DNA of 63,753 nucleotides, counting the filler. It is 8 parts of 8 records of this genome, joined end to end, with 100 filler letters (N's around TTAATTAATTAA, not from the genome) between each part and the next. Parts side by side here need not be neighbours in the genome. Positions count along the whole stretch, not along the records: positions 1 to 12,987 come from SRR31147125_29097; 7 more parts are not named here. One strand, 5' to 3'. Below the pieces are notes generated by a model. That model saw nothing but the letters and a program-made list of their open reading frames with translations, was not told where the DNA came from and did not search any database. Made by a program: the position numbers and the translations under genes. Below are positions 1-7,879 of this stretch, piece by piece; the stretch's first letter is position 1; the number at the start of each line of letters is the position of its first letter.

Positions 1-34
1 GACAGAATCGAACTGCCGACACGAGGATTTTCAG
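1..34 (-). tRNA. 3' half of tRNA-Phe(GAA), partial; displaced att-site copy of the integration target
   Basis: Reverse complement reads CTGAAAATCCTCGTGTCGGCAGTTCGATTCTGTC: GAA anticodon loop, 3' anticodon stem, variable loop and T-arm with GTTCGA. Similarity stops at the 5' edge of the anticodon loop (TACT instead of the expected GAGGA). The acceptor end lies beyond the contig edge. Confidence 0.85.
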
Positions 35-74
35 AGTAGCAATCCTCTGTATTTCTAAATAATAACAATAGCTT

Positions 75-99
75 AAAAAAGTGCGCGAAAAATTGCGCT
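75..99 (+). repeat. Left arm-type repeat AAAAAAGTGCGCGAA followed by a second TGCGC copy
   Basis: The 15-mer at 75-89 is identical to 12963-12977; tandem TGCGC units occur at both ends. Confidence 0.7.
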
Positions 100-147
100 A
101 AACAATTCTGCCCCCTATCTCTACTATATTTCCACATAGCAGCCAAC

Positions 148-585
148 CTATTTGCTGCCGTTTTTGCTCTTTATCTGCCTGCCATATTGAGCGTGTTGTT
201 TGATTAAATCATCAAACTCACCAGTCTGCACAGCTTCCTTCACTTTCAGTAAAGTAGCAGCTACCTGCTCTTCATTTTCCAGCTCAATTGCGTTCTTATC
301 TTTAGCGAACTGAATTGGCTTGCTGCCATAACGGATGGTTAGATTGATTTTGCCATCAGCCGTTGCGCTCCACCAACGCTTTACACGTTTTGGCACTTCA
401 ACTTTCTGCTCATTGCCATCAGCGTCTTTCACACGCTTGATTTTGGTTGGCTGATAATCAGAATTAGCAGCAAGCGCAAGCTGTTCATCAATTTTTACAA
501 TGAGCTTGCGCCTGCGTGTTGCTTCCGCTGATGAATTGTTTAATGGTTGGTAAGAAACAAATTTAAGCGAGTTAAGTACTGACAT
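148..585 (-). CDS. Conserved hypothetical protein, DUF6641-like (island-associated)
   Basis: ATG at 585 with AAGGAGG SD. Motifs RRRKLIxKIDEQL, KRVKRWW and IRYGSKPIxF-KxAIE recalled from DUF6641 proteins. Confidence 0.6.
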   Translation of the reverse strand: MSVLNSLKFVSYQPLNNSSAEATRRRKLIVKIDEQLALAANSDYQPTKIKRVKDADGNEQKVEVPKRVKRWWSATADGKINLTIRYGSKPIQFAKDKNAIELENEEQVAATLLKVKEAVQTGEFDDLIKQHAQYGRQIKSKNGSK

Positions 586-755
586 TGTGACCTCCTTTGT
601 GTGTTTAAAGCATTGTATTTTCATACGCTTGAAGAGGTCGACCGAAATCTAATAGCTTACGTTTAGTTGCTGAAGGATTTGACTCTGCATCGAAGAAGAG
701 TTTTAATAATTTCGGCAGACATGCCAATAACTTTATTTAGAAAATAGGGGGGAAC

Positions 756-2732
756 ATGCGTCTCAAACAAATACACATTCCGTCATTTAAAAGCATCGTT
801 AATCAAACGATAGATGTAACGGAAAAATGCATTGGACTTGTTGGGTTAAACGAGTCAGGCAAAACAAATGCGCTTAGTGCTATTAGGATGCTTTCTGAAG
901 ACTATGATTCTAGCTCTAAAGACCGCTCTAAAATTGATAGCAATCTTCCTCATGTTGAATTTGTTTTTGATTTTAAAAATGACGAAGAATTAGAGCAAGG
1001 ATTCATAGAAAATCTGTATGAGGAAAGGACTGTTGCTGGCTGGGATGAGGTTGTTGATATTTCTACTTTGAAAATTTCAGAGTTTAAAATAATACAAGAG
1101 TTAGATTCGGATGAAACAATAAAAACAAGCTATTCTCACCTATTTTCTTTCCAACCAAAAAACTTAAATCAGTATGGCTACTTGAAAAAAGGATGTGGTG
1201 TTCCTGCTGGGGAAATTATTGAAATTAATGGCAAGAATTGGAAAATTAGTGAGGGAATGATAGTTGAGAAAAGTAGCGCTTCTGAAGTGACTAAAGAATA
1301 CCTTACTGACCTCACAAAGGAAATTGTTTTTCAAAAGCTCCATAATGATATTAGCAAAATTCTCCAAACTTATGACTATATACCGTCAATAGTTTACTGG
1401 GAGCATAGCAAAGAGTATTTGCTTCCTTCAGAAATTTCATACAGTACCTTGTTGGCCGAAAATAAACCAAAGAAAGTATCTCGGCCTCTCTTTAATATCT
1501 TTTTGATTTCAGAAGGACTCAATATGAAAAATGAAAAAGATCTTATTGAGAGAGTGACTTTATGGCAGCAAGATTCAAGTCAAAGGAAAAAGGATTCAAG
1601 TAAAATAAATGAATCAATAAATTCCTACATGAAAAATGTTTGGAAGGACTACGATCAAGATATTGAGTTGACGCTTGAGTCAAGTGGAATAACTATACAT
1701 ATACTAGACCCAAACAGTCCCGACAAAAATTATTATGAAATGTCAGAGAGAAGTCAGGGGTTTAAAACATTTGCTTCATTTCTTTTGACAATTGCAGCAG
1801 AAAGTCATGTTGGAGAGTTAGATAACTTCATATTAGTTCTCGATGAGCCTGAAACTCATCTACACCCTAGTGGTGTTAGGTTTATGATGAAAGAGCTTCT
1901 TAAGTTATGCGAAAAAAACAATAACGTTTTTTATGCTACTCATTCTGTATTTATGATCGATAGGGCAAACCTAAATCGGCATTTAATAATTGAAAAACAG
2001 CTTGAGAAGACAATTGTAAAAAGTATAGATAGACAAAGCCTAATAAATGAAAATGTTATATATGAAGCCCTTGGTACAAATATAGATGAATTTTCGATGA
2101 AGCTAAAGAATGTTATTTTTGAAGGAGTTCTCGATAGAAACCTTTTTTCTTTTTATTTGGAGCAATGCCTACCTAAAAAGGATAACCCTTTTGGTGACTA
2201 TGGTTTGCTCGATGGTTGCGGAACTGGTAAAATTGGAAAATACTTTAAGGGGAAGATTTTGCCTGAAGGATCTGTCTGGCGATTAATTTTAGACAATGAT
2301 AAACCAGCAAAGAGTTTAGAAAAAACTATGTTTAAAGACTTTGATGGTGAAATTGGAAAGTCTGTTTTTTTAAATAACTACTCTGAAGAAAAAGATTTCA
2401 TACTTGAAGACTTGTTTCCCGCTGAAATAATAAATGAATCTCTAGATGTAATAAGTAGAAAATACTTTTCAAAATTAGAAAAAATAACTTACGATGAAGG
2501 TAGGTCTGTAAACAATACTTTTTTCGACTATACGAAAGAGAATAGTATAGATTTTGATAGATCAAATTCTATCTTTTTAGAGTTTAAGGAGATTTCTGAG
2601 TCTAAAATCAATGAGATATTGAAAGAAGTAAAGAAAGTCAATACAATTGATAGTAGAAGTGCTTTATTTAAAGAACGTCTTCCCAAATACTCCAATTTTA
2701 TTGACGGCTATATAAAAGAGATTAAAGGATAA
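756..2732 (+). CDS. OLD-family ATP-dependent nuclease (ABC/AAA_15 ATPase + TOPRIM)
   Basis: Walker A GLNESGKT, signature SERSQGF, Walker B VLDEPETHLHP, H-loop ATHS; C-terminal TOPRIM FEGxxD and DND. Confidence 0.85.
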   Translation: MRLKQIHIPSFKSIVNQTIDVTEKCIGLVGLNESGKTNALSAIRMLSEDYDSSSKDRSKIDSNLPHVEFVFDFKNDEELEQGFIENLYEERTVAGWDEVVDISTLKISEFKIIQELDSDETIKTSYSHLFSFQPKNLNQYGYLKKGCGVPAGEIIEINGKNWKISEGMIVEKSSASEVTKEYLTDLTKEIVFQKLHNDISKILQTYDYIPSIVYWEHSKEYLLPSEISYSTLLAENKPKKVSRPLFNIFLISEGLNMKNEKDLIERVTLWQQDSSQRKKDSSKINESINSYMKNVWKDYDQDIELTLESSGITIHILDPNSPDKNYYEMSERSQGFKTFASFLLTIAAESHVGELDNFILVLDEPETHLHPSGVRFMMKELLKLCEKNNNVFYATHSVFMIDRANLNRHLIIEKQLEKTIVKSIDRQSLINENVIYEALGTNIDEFSMKLKNVIFEGVLDRNLFSFYLEQCLPKKDNPFGDYGLLDGCGTGKIGKYFKGKILPEGSVWRLILDNDKPAKSLEKTMFKDFDGEIGKSVFLNNYSEEKDFILEDLFPAEIINESLDVISRKYFSKLEKITYDEGRSVNNTFFDYTKENSIDFDRSNSIFLEFKEISESKINEILKEVKKVNTIDSRSALFKERLPKYSNFIDGYIKEIKG

Positions 2733-2739
2733 TAAATAA

Positions 2740-2771
2740 AGAAAAGCTCCGGCCTTCACCGGAGCTTTTCT
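2740..2771. terminator. Bidirectional intrinsic terminator
   Basis: AGAAAAGCTCCGG-ccttca-CCGGAGCTTTTCT between convergent genes. Confidence 0.8.
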
Positions 2772-2832
2772 CTTCTGTGTGTTGGAGTCTGTGAATTGAG
2801 ACCATAGTCTTTGACTAGCTCTGACTAATTTT

Positions 2833-3057
2833 TTACTCGTTTCCACACTCCCATTCGCCAATGCAGTTTTGCAGACCTTTGCAAGCTACGGCCCCATCGT
2901 TATCGTCTATAAATTGCTGAATCTCATTTACCTGTTCTTCAGTAAGTTCTTCTATTTTACTGATGTCATAGTGACTTAGAATTTTTTCTGAAGCGTATTC
3001 GTACGCCTCTCCTTCAATTCTCTCTTCGAACTTATGCATTTTGGGGATTTTAAACAT
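2833..3057 (-). CDS. Small acidic hypothetical protein
   Basis: 74-aa ORF with AAGGAAG SD, directly downstream of 3078-3842. Confidence 0.6.
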   Translation of the reverse strand: MFKIPKMHKFEERIEGEAYEYASEKILSHYDISKIEELTEEQVNEIQQFIDDNDGAVACKGLQNCIGEWECGNE

Positions 3058-3077
3058 GTTCCGCTTCCTTTTTGTGG

Positions 3078-3842
3078 TTATGGGAAAATTCCTCCAGCAA
3101 CGTTTTGTATGGCCGATTTTGCGTCAGCCATGTAACGAGATACCTTTGTGGAAAGAACACGATTGATGTAGGAAAAGTCGCTTTCGCTTCCTTCAACTAC
3201 TGGTACTTCGAGTTTTCCAATCTTTGCCAGTGATTTGTTGGAAATTTTCTCCCCGTTTTTACTTGCAGCAATTTTAGCCTCATACATATCAAAAGCCACT
3301 TTGTATTTTGCGACTGTAATTGGTTTTGACAGGCTGTAAAGAGCGTTGCTCCTGTTTGGATTGCGCACAACTCGTCCTTTCTCGCCTGTTAGGTTTGCTT
3401 TTAATAACTTGTTCAATGCGTTGTCAACGTAAGTGCGCTTCATTGCTTTTGGTACTTGAATGACAAGCAATTCTTCATTTTGCATTGCTTCAAGTGCGCC
3501 TTGCTCGTCTTCAAGTAGTCTAACTTTGTATGGCTGAAAGGGCTCGGCAAACAGATACACGCCTCTATCAATGTCATCTATTTTTACTTGCCACCAGCGC
3601 TTGAAGGCAGCGTATTTGTCGCCCTCATATCTCACATCCCCAAAATCAGCATAGACCGCTGACAGCTTGCTATTCGTTTCAAAACGATTTGCTCCGTCCG
3701 CTTGCTCACAAAGCGCCACATAGTCCTCGTTCAGCGTCAACGCAAGCCACCACCAGTAGTAGGGCGACTTTTCTACGCCGGTAATTGAAATTTCTTTTTT
3801 TCTGCCAAATGTGGGGTGTTGTGAGATGAAAAATCTACGCAT
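3078..3842 (-). CDS. Conserved hypothetical protein, possible DNA-binding regulator
   Basis: Likely start MRRFFISQHP at 3842. Motifs SPYYWWW, YADFGDVR, FxxWW, LFAEP and C-terminal NVAxGxFP. Transcribed divergently from the 4018-6097 operon. Confidence 0.65.
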   Translation of the reverse strand: MRRFFISQHPTFGRKKEISITGVEKSPYYWWWLALTLNEDYVALCEQADGANRFETNSKLSAVYADFGDVRYEGDKYAAFKRWWQVKIDDIDRGVYLFAEPFQPYKVRLLEDEQGALEAMQNEELLVIQVPKAMKRTYVDNALNKLLKANLTGEKGRVVRNPNRSNALYSLSKPITVAKYKVAFDMYEAKIAASKNGEKISNKSLAKIGKLEVPVVEGSESDFSYINRVLSTKVSRYMADAKSAIQNVAGGIFP

Positions 3843-3967
3843 GTTATCACCGTATGAAAGGGTTGATAGGTGATAACAAGATAATCCATAAACTGTTATC
3901 AATCAACAACATTTTTAATCATAGGTCGGATACGAGAAAGAAGTAGAGTGTTAGTCTGCTGATAACA
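3842..3967. promoter_or_regulatory. Four TGTTATCA boxes in alternating orientation in a divergent promoter region
   Basis: TGTTATCA at 3842-3849 and 3894-3901; TGATAACA at 3871-3878 and 3960-3967. Confidence 0.6.
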
Positions 3968-4017
3968 AAACGGGCAATAAAGCCCACACTCAAACCCCTT
4001 ATAGAAAGGACATAAAA

Positions 4018-4425
4018 ATGAGTGCGAAATCAGACGCAAGCATGCCGACAGCAGACAACCACAACAACACGAATGAGGAGAAGAAGATGGGTAATGAAAT
4101 TCAGAGCTACATGGTGAAGAAAAATACTGTCGTCAAAGTAATTCGCTTTGATGATCCCAGCGATTTTGATAGCGGCCATTTCTATGTGGATGAATGGGTA
4201 ACAGAAGGAATGTTTGGTTTTAATCAAAGCTATCTTGTTGCCACTTTTGAATGCGTCTGTTGTGGAGAGGTCAGCTACGTCTTCGATCACAACTATTGCG
4301 GTTTTGTTGAAATTAACGGAAAAGACCTGATTTTAACCGAGCTTTCAATCGCCGAATTTTGTGCAGAGCATTATTCCGAAGACCACAATGCTATGCGGGG
4401 CAGAGCAGATGACAACGCTGCATAA
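4018..4425 (+). CDS. Hypothetical protein with a CxCCG motif
   Basis: 135-aa ORF with AAGGA SD; alternative start at 4087 behind GAGGAG. Confidence 0.5.
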   Translation: MSAKSDASMPTADNHNNTNEEKKMGNEIQSYMVKKNTVVKVIRFDDPSDFDSGHFYVDEWVTEGMFGFNQSYLVATFECVCCGEVSYVFDHNYCGFVEINGKDLILTELSIAEFCAEHYSEDHNAMRGRADDNAA

Positions 4426-4482
4426 GCAAACGATCAAATAGAAAAAATCCGTACGCATTAACCTTATTGAAAGGAAATTATT

Positions 4483-5346
4483 ATGACTAAGAAGAATGCT
4501 GAAGCAAACGAGCAAGTTGACGTAAACGAGCAGAATTTAGCCGCCAACGCACTTATGACGTTTAAAAATCGTTTTGAAACGATTTGCAAGCGCAGAGAGG
4601 AATGGGAGCAGACGCTGTTCAGCACAGCCAACAAGAGCCTGTATGACATGCTTGCAGAACTTTACAAGCTGTATGACGAAATGAGTGCTGATGATAAAGC
4701 AACTGAATTGAAGCGGACTTGGCTGGTTGACGAAGCTAAGCGACGCGAGATTGCATTTAAAAAGAACAAGCCGTCTTTAATTGAACTGTTGGTGAAGGTT
4801 GCTTTCACCAGCACCGTAAAAGACAGCAGACGAGTTAGTGCATACGTTCGCGTACTGAATATTATTGCTAACACTGAAGGCGTTTACGCAGCAGACATTC
4901 CAAAGTGGATTGAGGCGCAGGGCGGCATTGAAGAAATCCGTCAGCAAACAGCCAAAAACACTGCGACTCGCACTGAGCGTTTTGAAAAAGGTAAAGAAAT
5001 TGTGGCTGAAACTGAAACATTGGCATCTGTCAGCATTGATGCAGCCAGCCCATACGTGTCAGGCAACGTCAACAAGCCTGTTGTTCTTGTCGGCATTATG
5101 AAAGCAGACGGCGTCATCGACATTAAGCACATATGCGTTGAAAACGAAGAAGGCAGCAAGATTTCCGGCAAAACTGCCATCAACACGGCGTTGGCAAATG
5201 TCTACAGCAAGCATAACGACAAGCAGAAGAAAGACGAGCCAAAACAAAAGGCTGAAGAGGTTGCTGACGAGAGCGTGGACAACAGACAAAAGGTTTTGGA
5301 GATGATTAAGCAGGTAAAGGCTGGCAACGTTAATTACGCCGCCTAA
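4483..5346 (+). CDS. Conserved hypothetical protein (helical N-terminus; RVSAYxRVL and WIxxxGGIEEIR motifs)
   Basis: 287-aa ORF with GAAAGGA SD, co-oriented with the AAA+ gene. Confidence 0.75.
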   Translation: MTKKNAEANEQVDVNEQNLAANALMTFKNRFETICKRREEWEQTLFSTANKSLYDMLAELYKLYDEMSADDKATELKRTWLVDEAKRREIAFKKNKPSLIELLVKVAFTSTVKDSRRVSAYVRVLNIIANTEGVYAADIPKWIEAQGGIEEIRQQTAKNTATRTERFEKGKEIVAETETLASVSIDAASPYVSGNVNKPVVLVGIMKADGVIDIKHICVENEEGSKISGKTAINTALANVYSKHNDKQKKDEPKQKAEEVADESVDNRQKVLEMIKQVKAGNVNYAA

Positions 5347-5349
5347 CAC

Positions 5350-5379
5350 AATGACCCCGCCTAAAGCGGCGGGGTCATT
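5350..5379 (+). promoter_or_regulatory. GC-rich intercistronic hairpin without U-tract
   Basis: AATGACCCCGC-8nt-GCGGGGTCATT, a perfect 11-bp stem. Confidence 0.55.
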
Positions 5380-5428
5380 CCCTAACATCCAAATAAATCA
5401 ATTAACGAAAAATTTTAAGGAGATATGT

Positions 5429-6097
5429 ATGAATTACATTACTGAGCCAAAATCGACTGCTGACATGGTATTTGTTGACAAAAGCATTAAAAATCAACTG
5501 CTCGACATTCTTTGCAAGGACTATCCGTTCCCAATAAAAAACGGAAAAAACTCCCTGCTTTTGTATGGTGTGCCTGGCACTGGCAAGTCAACTTATGCAA
5601 AGATTTTTCTGAATGATTTTGAACTGACTTTTGGTGGTATTAATCCACCTATACATACAGTTGACTGCCAAAAAACACAAAATATAACGAGCATTCTTAG
5701 CACATGTAATGCCATTGCTGATAAGGCAGGACTTTTTACTGATTCAAGCTTTCATTATTTTGTTTTCGATGAAGTCGATAACTTGACAGCAGACGGACAG
5801 AGAGCGCTGAAGTCATTTTTGAACAGGCCAAATATCGTATGTGTGTTAACGACTAACCATTTGCAAAAAATTGATGAAGGCTTGATGAGCAGATGTGTGC
5901 AGCTAAATTTTAATGCGGCAAAAGAAGCTGATTGCATTGAGCGTTTTAAGGATGTGCTAGCTGCTAATAAATTGCCAATGCTGCCTGATGTCGCATTGGA
6001 AGAGATTGCTAGATCCAATAATGGTGATTGGCGAGCGATGATGCCAACGCTGATTTGGGCAGCAAACGAATATAAGAAGATGAGCTTTGCTGCATAG
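5429..6097 (+). CDS. Clamp-loader-clade AAA+ ATPase (RFC small subunit / T4 gp44-like), lacking the C-terminal collar
   Basis: ATG 5429 after AAGGAG. Walker A GVPGTGKS, Walker B FDEVD, sensor-1 TTN, SRC arginine finger, GDWR sensor-2. Only 222 aa. Confidence 0.8.
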   Translation: MNYITEPKSTADMVFVDKSIKNQLLDILCKDYPFPIKNGKNSLLLYGVPGTGKSTYAKIFLNDFELTFGGINPPIHTVDCQKTQNITSILSTCNAIADKAGLFTDSSFHYFVFDEVDNLTADGQRALKSFLNRPNIVCVLTTNHLQKIDEGLMSRCVQLNFNAAKEADCIERFKDVLAANKLPMLPDVALEEIARSNNGDWRAMMPTLIWAANEYKKMSFAA

Positions 6098-6124
6098 TCT
6101 CTTATCCTCACTATTTAATGTATT

Positions 6125-6154
6125 AAAGCCCCTTTCTTTTAAGGGGCTTTTTTT
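6125..6154 (+). terminator. Intrinsic terminator
   Basis: AAAGCCCCTT-loop-AAGGGGCTTT followed by a T-tract. Confidence 0.8.
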
Positions 6155-6192
6155 GTATGATTGGCAAAAATTTATGAGAAGGGGGCAATTTT

Positions 6193-6591
6193 ATGGCAAA
6201 AAATTACACGATGTATGAAAAAGAGAGTTGGGCAGACGAGCATTTTCCGCCTGTTGACGAAGCTGCTGATGATGTTGAGCTTGAGCAGAAACTACGTACT
6301 GTCTGCATGAAAGGGGCACGCTACATTGACCAACTGGCGGTTAGTACGAACAGGGCTTTGCACAGCATTCATCCGCCTAATCGTTATTTGCGGTATTTTA
6401 CTAATAGGGGCGATTTAGGAAGTGTTGGCGGTGAAAAGTTCGAAATGATTGCCAGCAGCGGCGGCGTCGAATACACCAACGAATATCAATTTGCGACTTT
6501 GCTGAAAGATCAAGTTGATGCAGAGGTTGTGAAGAAGTCGATTGAGCTTGTGCTTCAGTTTACGAAAGACCCTGCAATAAAAAGTATTTGA
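6193..6591 (+). CDS. Hypothetical protein
   Basis: 132-aa ORF with GAAGGGGG SD; terminator-like hairpin at ~6654-6683. Confidence 0.6.
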   Translation: MAKNYTMYEKESWADEHFPPVDEAADDVELEQKLRTVCMKGARYIDQLAVSTNRALHSIHPPNRYLRYFTNRGDLGSVGGEKFEMIASSGGVEYTNEYQFATLLKDQVDAEVVKKSIELVLQFTKDPAIKSI

Positions 6592-6759
6592 ATGGCGTGT
6601 AGCATAGTCCGTTGTTGAAATCGGCTATAGCATGTCAGTTCTTTGTGAAAAATGGGTCTAGCGAATCGTTAGGCCCCTTTTTTGTTGTGGCTGCTTCTGA
6701 AACCGTTTTTGCATAAATCAAATAAAAAACCATCTTTTTCAGCCATTTCTTTGCAGTCG

Positions 6760-6777
6760 GCATAAATAACTTTATGC
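6760..6777 (+). promoter_or_regulatory. T4-late-type ATAAATA box embedded in a hairpin that occludes the ATG
   Basis: GCATAAA-taac-TTTATGC stem; ATAAATA at 6762-6768, ATG at 6774. Confidence 0.55.
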
Positions 6778-7133
6778 ACAGACGAAATAAAGAAAACAAT
6801 TTACATTGGTACGATGAAAAACGATTAGAGCAAAGGGACAAGCAGCACGAGAAAATGACAGAAGAGTGGCTAAAAGAGAACGGTCTGAAAGCAAAAACAT
6901 TTCAGTCCTCGCCGCTGGAGCAGGTTCAAGCCGCCAGCGTAGCCCATCACTTGCTGACTGACTTTCCACATTTGCTTAACGAGACACAAGCAGAGGCACT
7001 GAACGAATATTCAGAAGCATTCAATAACAAGCGGCTACGTGAGAAAATTACACAGACGCAAGCGTATCGCATTCTGAATATCAGTAAAAAAGTGAATCGT
7101 AAACTGTTCAAGCAATACAGACAACAGGTATAA
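6774..7133 (+). CDS. Basic helical hypothetical protein, probably translated leaderless
   Basis: 119-aa ORF with no SD; ATG lies 5 nt after ATAAATA. Confidence 0.7.
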   Translation: MHRRNKENNLHWYDEKRLEQRDKQHEKMTEEWLKENGLKAKTFQSSPLEQVQAASVAHHLLTDFPHLLNETQAEALNEYSEAFNNKRLREKITQTQAYRILNISKKVNRKLFKQYRQQV

Positions 7134-7139
7134 ACAGGC

Positions 7140-7525
7140 ATAAAAGCAGATAAGCCACTGCATTAACAAAGGGCAAAAACGCGGGGTGAAATATGACGGC
7201 TAATGCCCCCGCACCCGTCAGCAGATTGCTGCGAAGGTCGCTGACATACGGGTGGGTGCCGCAGAGCGACTACAGTTTATGTGGTTCGGAAGTTTGAATA
7301 CGACCGTCTTCCGTTAAATGGCTCTTTTCGCAGTCGTGTTTGTGGTTCTCTTTTTACAATCAAAACACGATGACGACGGCAGTTCTGTTTTTTTTAATGG
7401 AAGCAGGACATAGCCGTCGTTTTGGATTCAGCATTCCCAATCAATCTCGTATCGCTTCGCTGCTAAAGAAAAAAGATAAGCGATGAGCGCAAGCGAAGAG
7501 CAGGCGAACGCAGTTTCGCCTTTCA
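7140..7525 (+). ncRNA. Highly structured non-coding region (ncRNA or single-stranded DNA origin)
   Basis: At least seven stems in ~380 nt with no ORF, including G-U-supported pairing on the + strand (7382-7390 with 7401-7409) and a potential pseudoknot (7181-7220). Confidence 0.55.
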
Positions 7526-7549
7526 CAATACCAGCAAGGAGAAGTGTTT

Positions 7550-7879
7550 ATGCCTAAGTACAAAATCACAATGCTCAAAAGATTTACGGTTGTTGAAAAG
7601 CACTGGGATGAATTCGATACGACAGATCAGAGTAAGTGGGATGAGCTACGTAAAAAAGCATCTGACTGTATTGGTAAGGCAGATGTTGAGAGTGGTTTTT
7701 CGGCAGAAGCACCAGATGATATCGACAAGTGGTATGAACTGTATTACCTGACGATGGACGAAGTTAGTGAAAATAAAGAAGAGGATTGGGATAAGGATGC
7801 TCGATTCGGGCCTGATCGAGTTTTCAAAATTGAGGATAGCAATTCCAATGTTGTGATGGAGGAAGAAGACTATTATTGA
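7550..7879 (+). CDS. Acidic hypothetical protein
   Basis: ATG 7550 after AAGGAG; D/E-rich. Confidence 0.6.
   Translation: MPKYKITMLKRFTVVEKHWDEFDTTDQSKWDELRKKASDCIGKADVESGFSAEAPDDIDKWYELYYLTMDEVSENKEEDWDKDARFGPDRVFKIEDSNSNVVMEEEDYY

Noticed and set aside
756-2732. Gabija, PARIS or retron-associated OLD system
   Set aside because: No helicase, AriB or RT partner is adjacent; a terminator follows directly.
56-2738. Other TAAATA hits (about 56-62, 733-739 on the minus strand, 2732-2738)
   Set aside because: Expected by chance in AT-rich DNA and not linked to a start codon or occluding hairpin, so not counted as late promoters.
3845-3875. Similarity to lambda operator half-sites TATCACCG / GGTGATA
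   Set aside because: Spacing is far longer than the 17-bp lambda operator and no cI/Cro-like gene is present.
5351-5428. N-terminal extension of the AAA+ ORF as given in the ORF track
   Set aside because: It overlaps an intergenic hairpin; the SD-supported start is ATG 5429.
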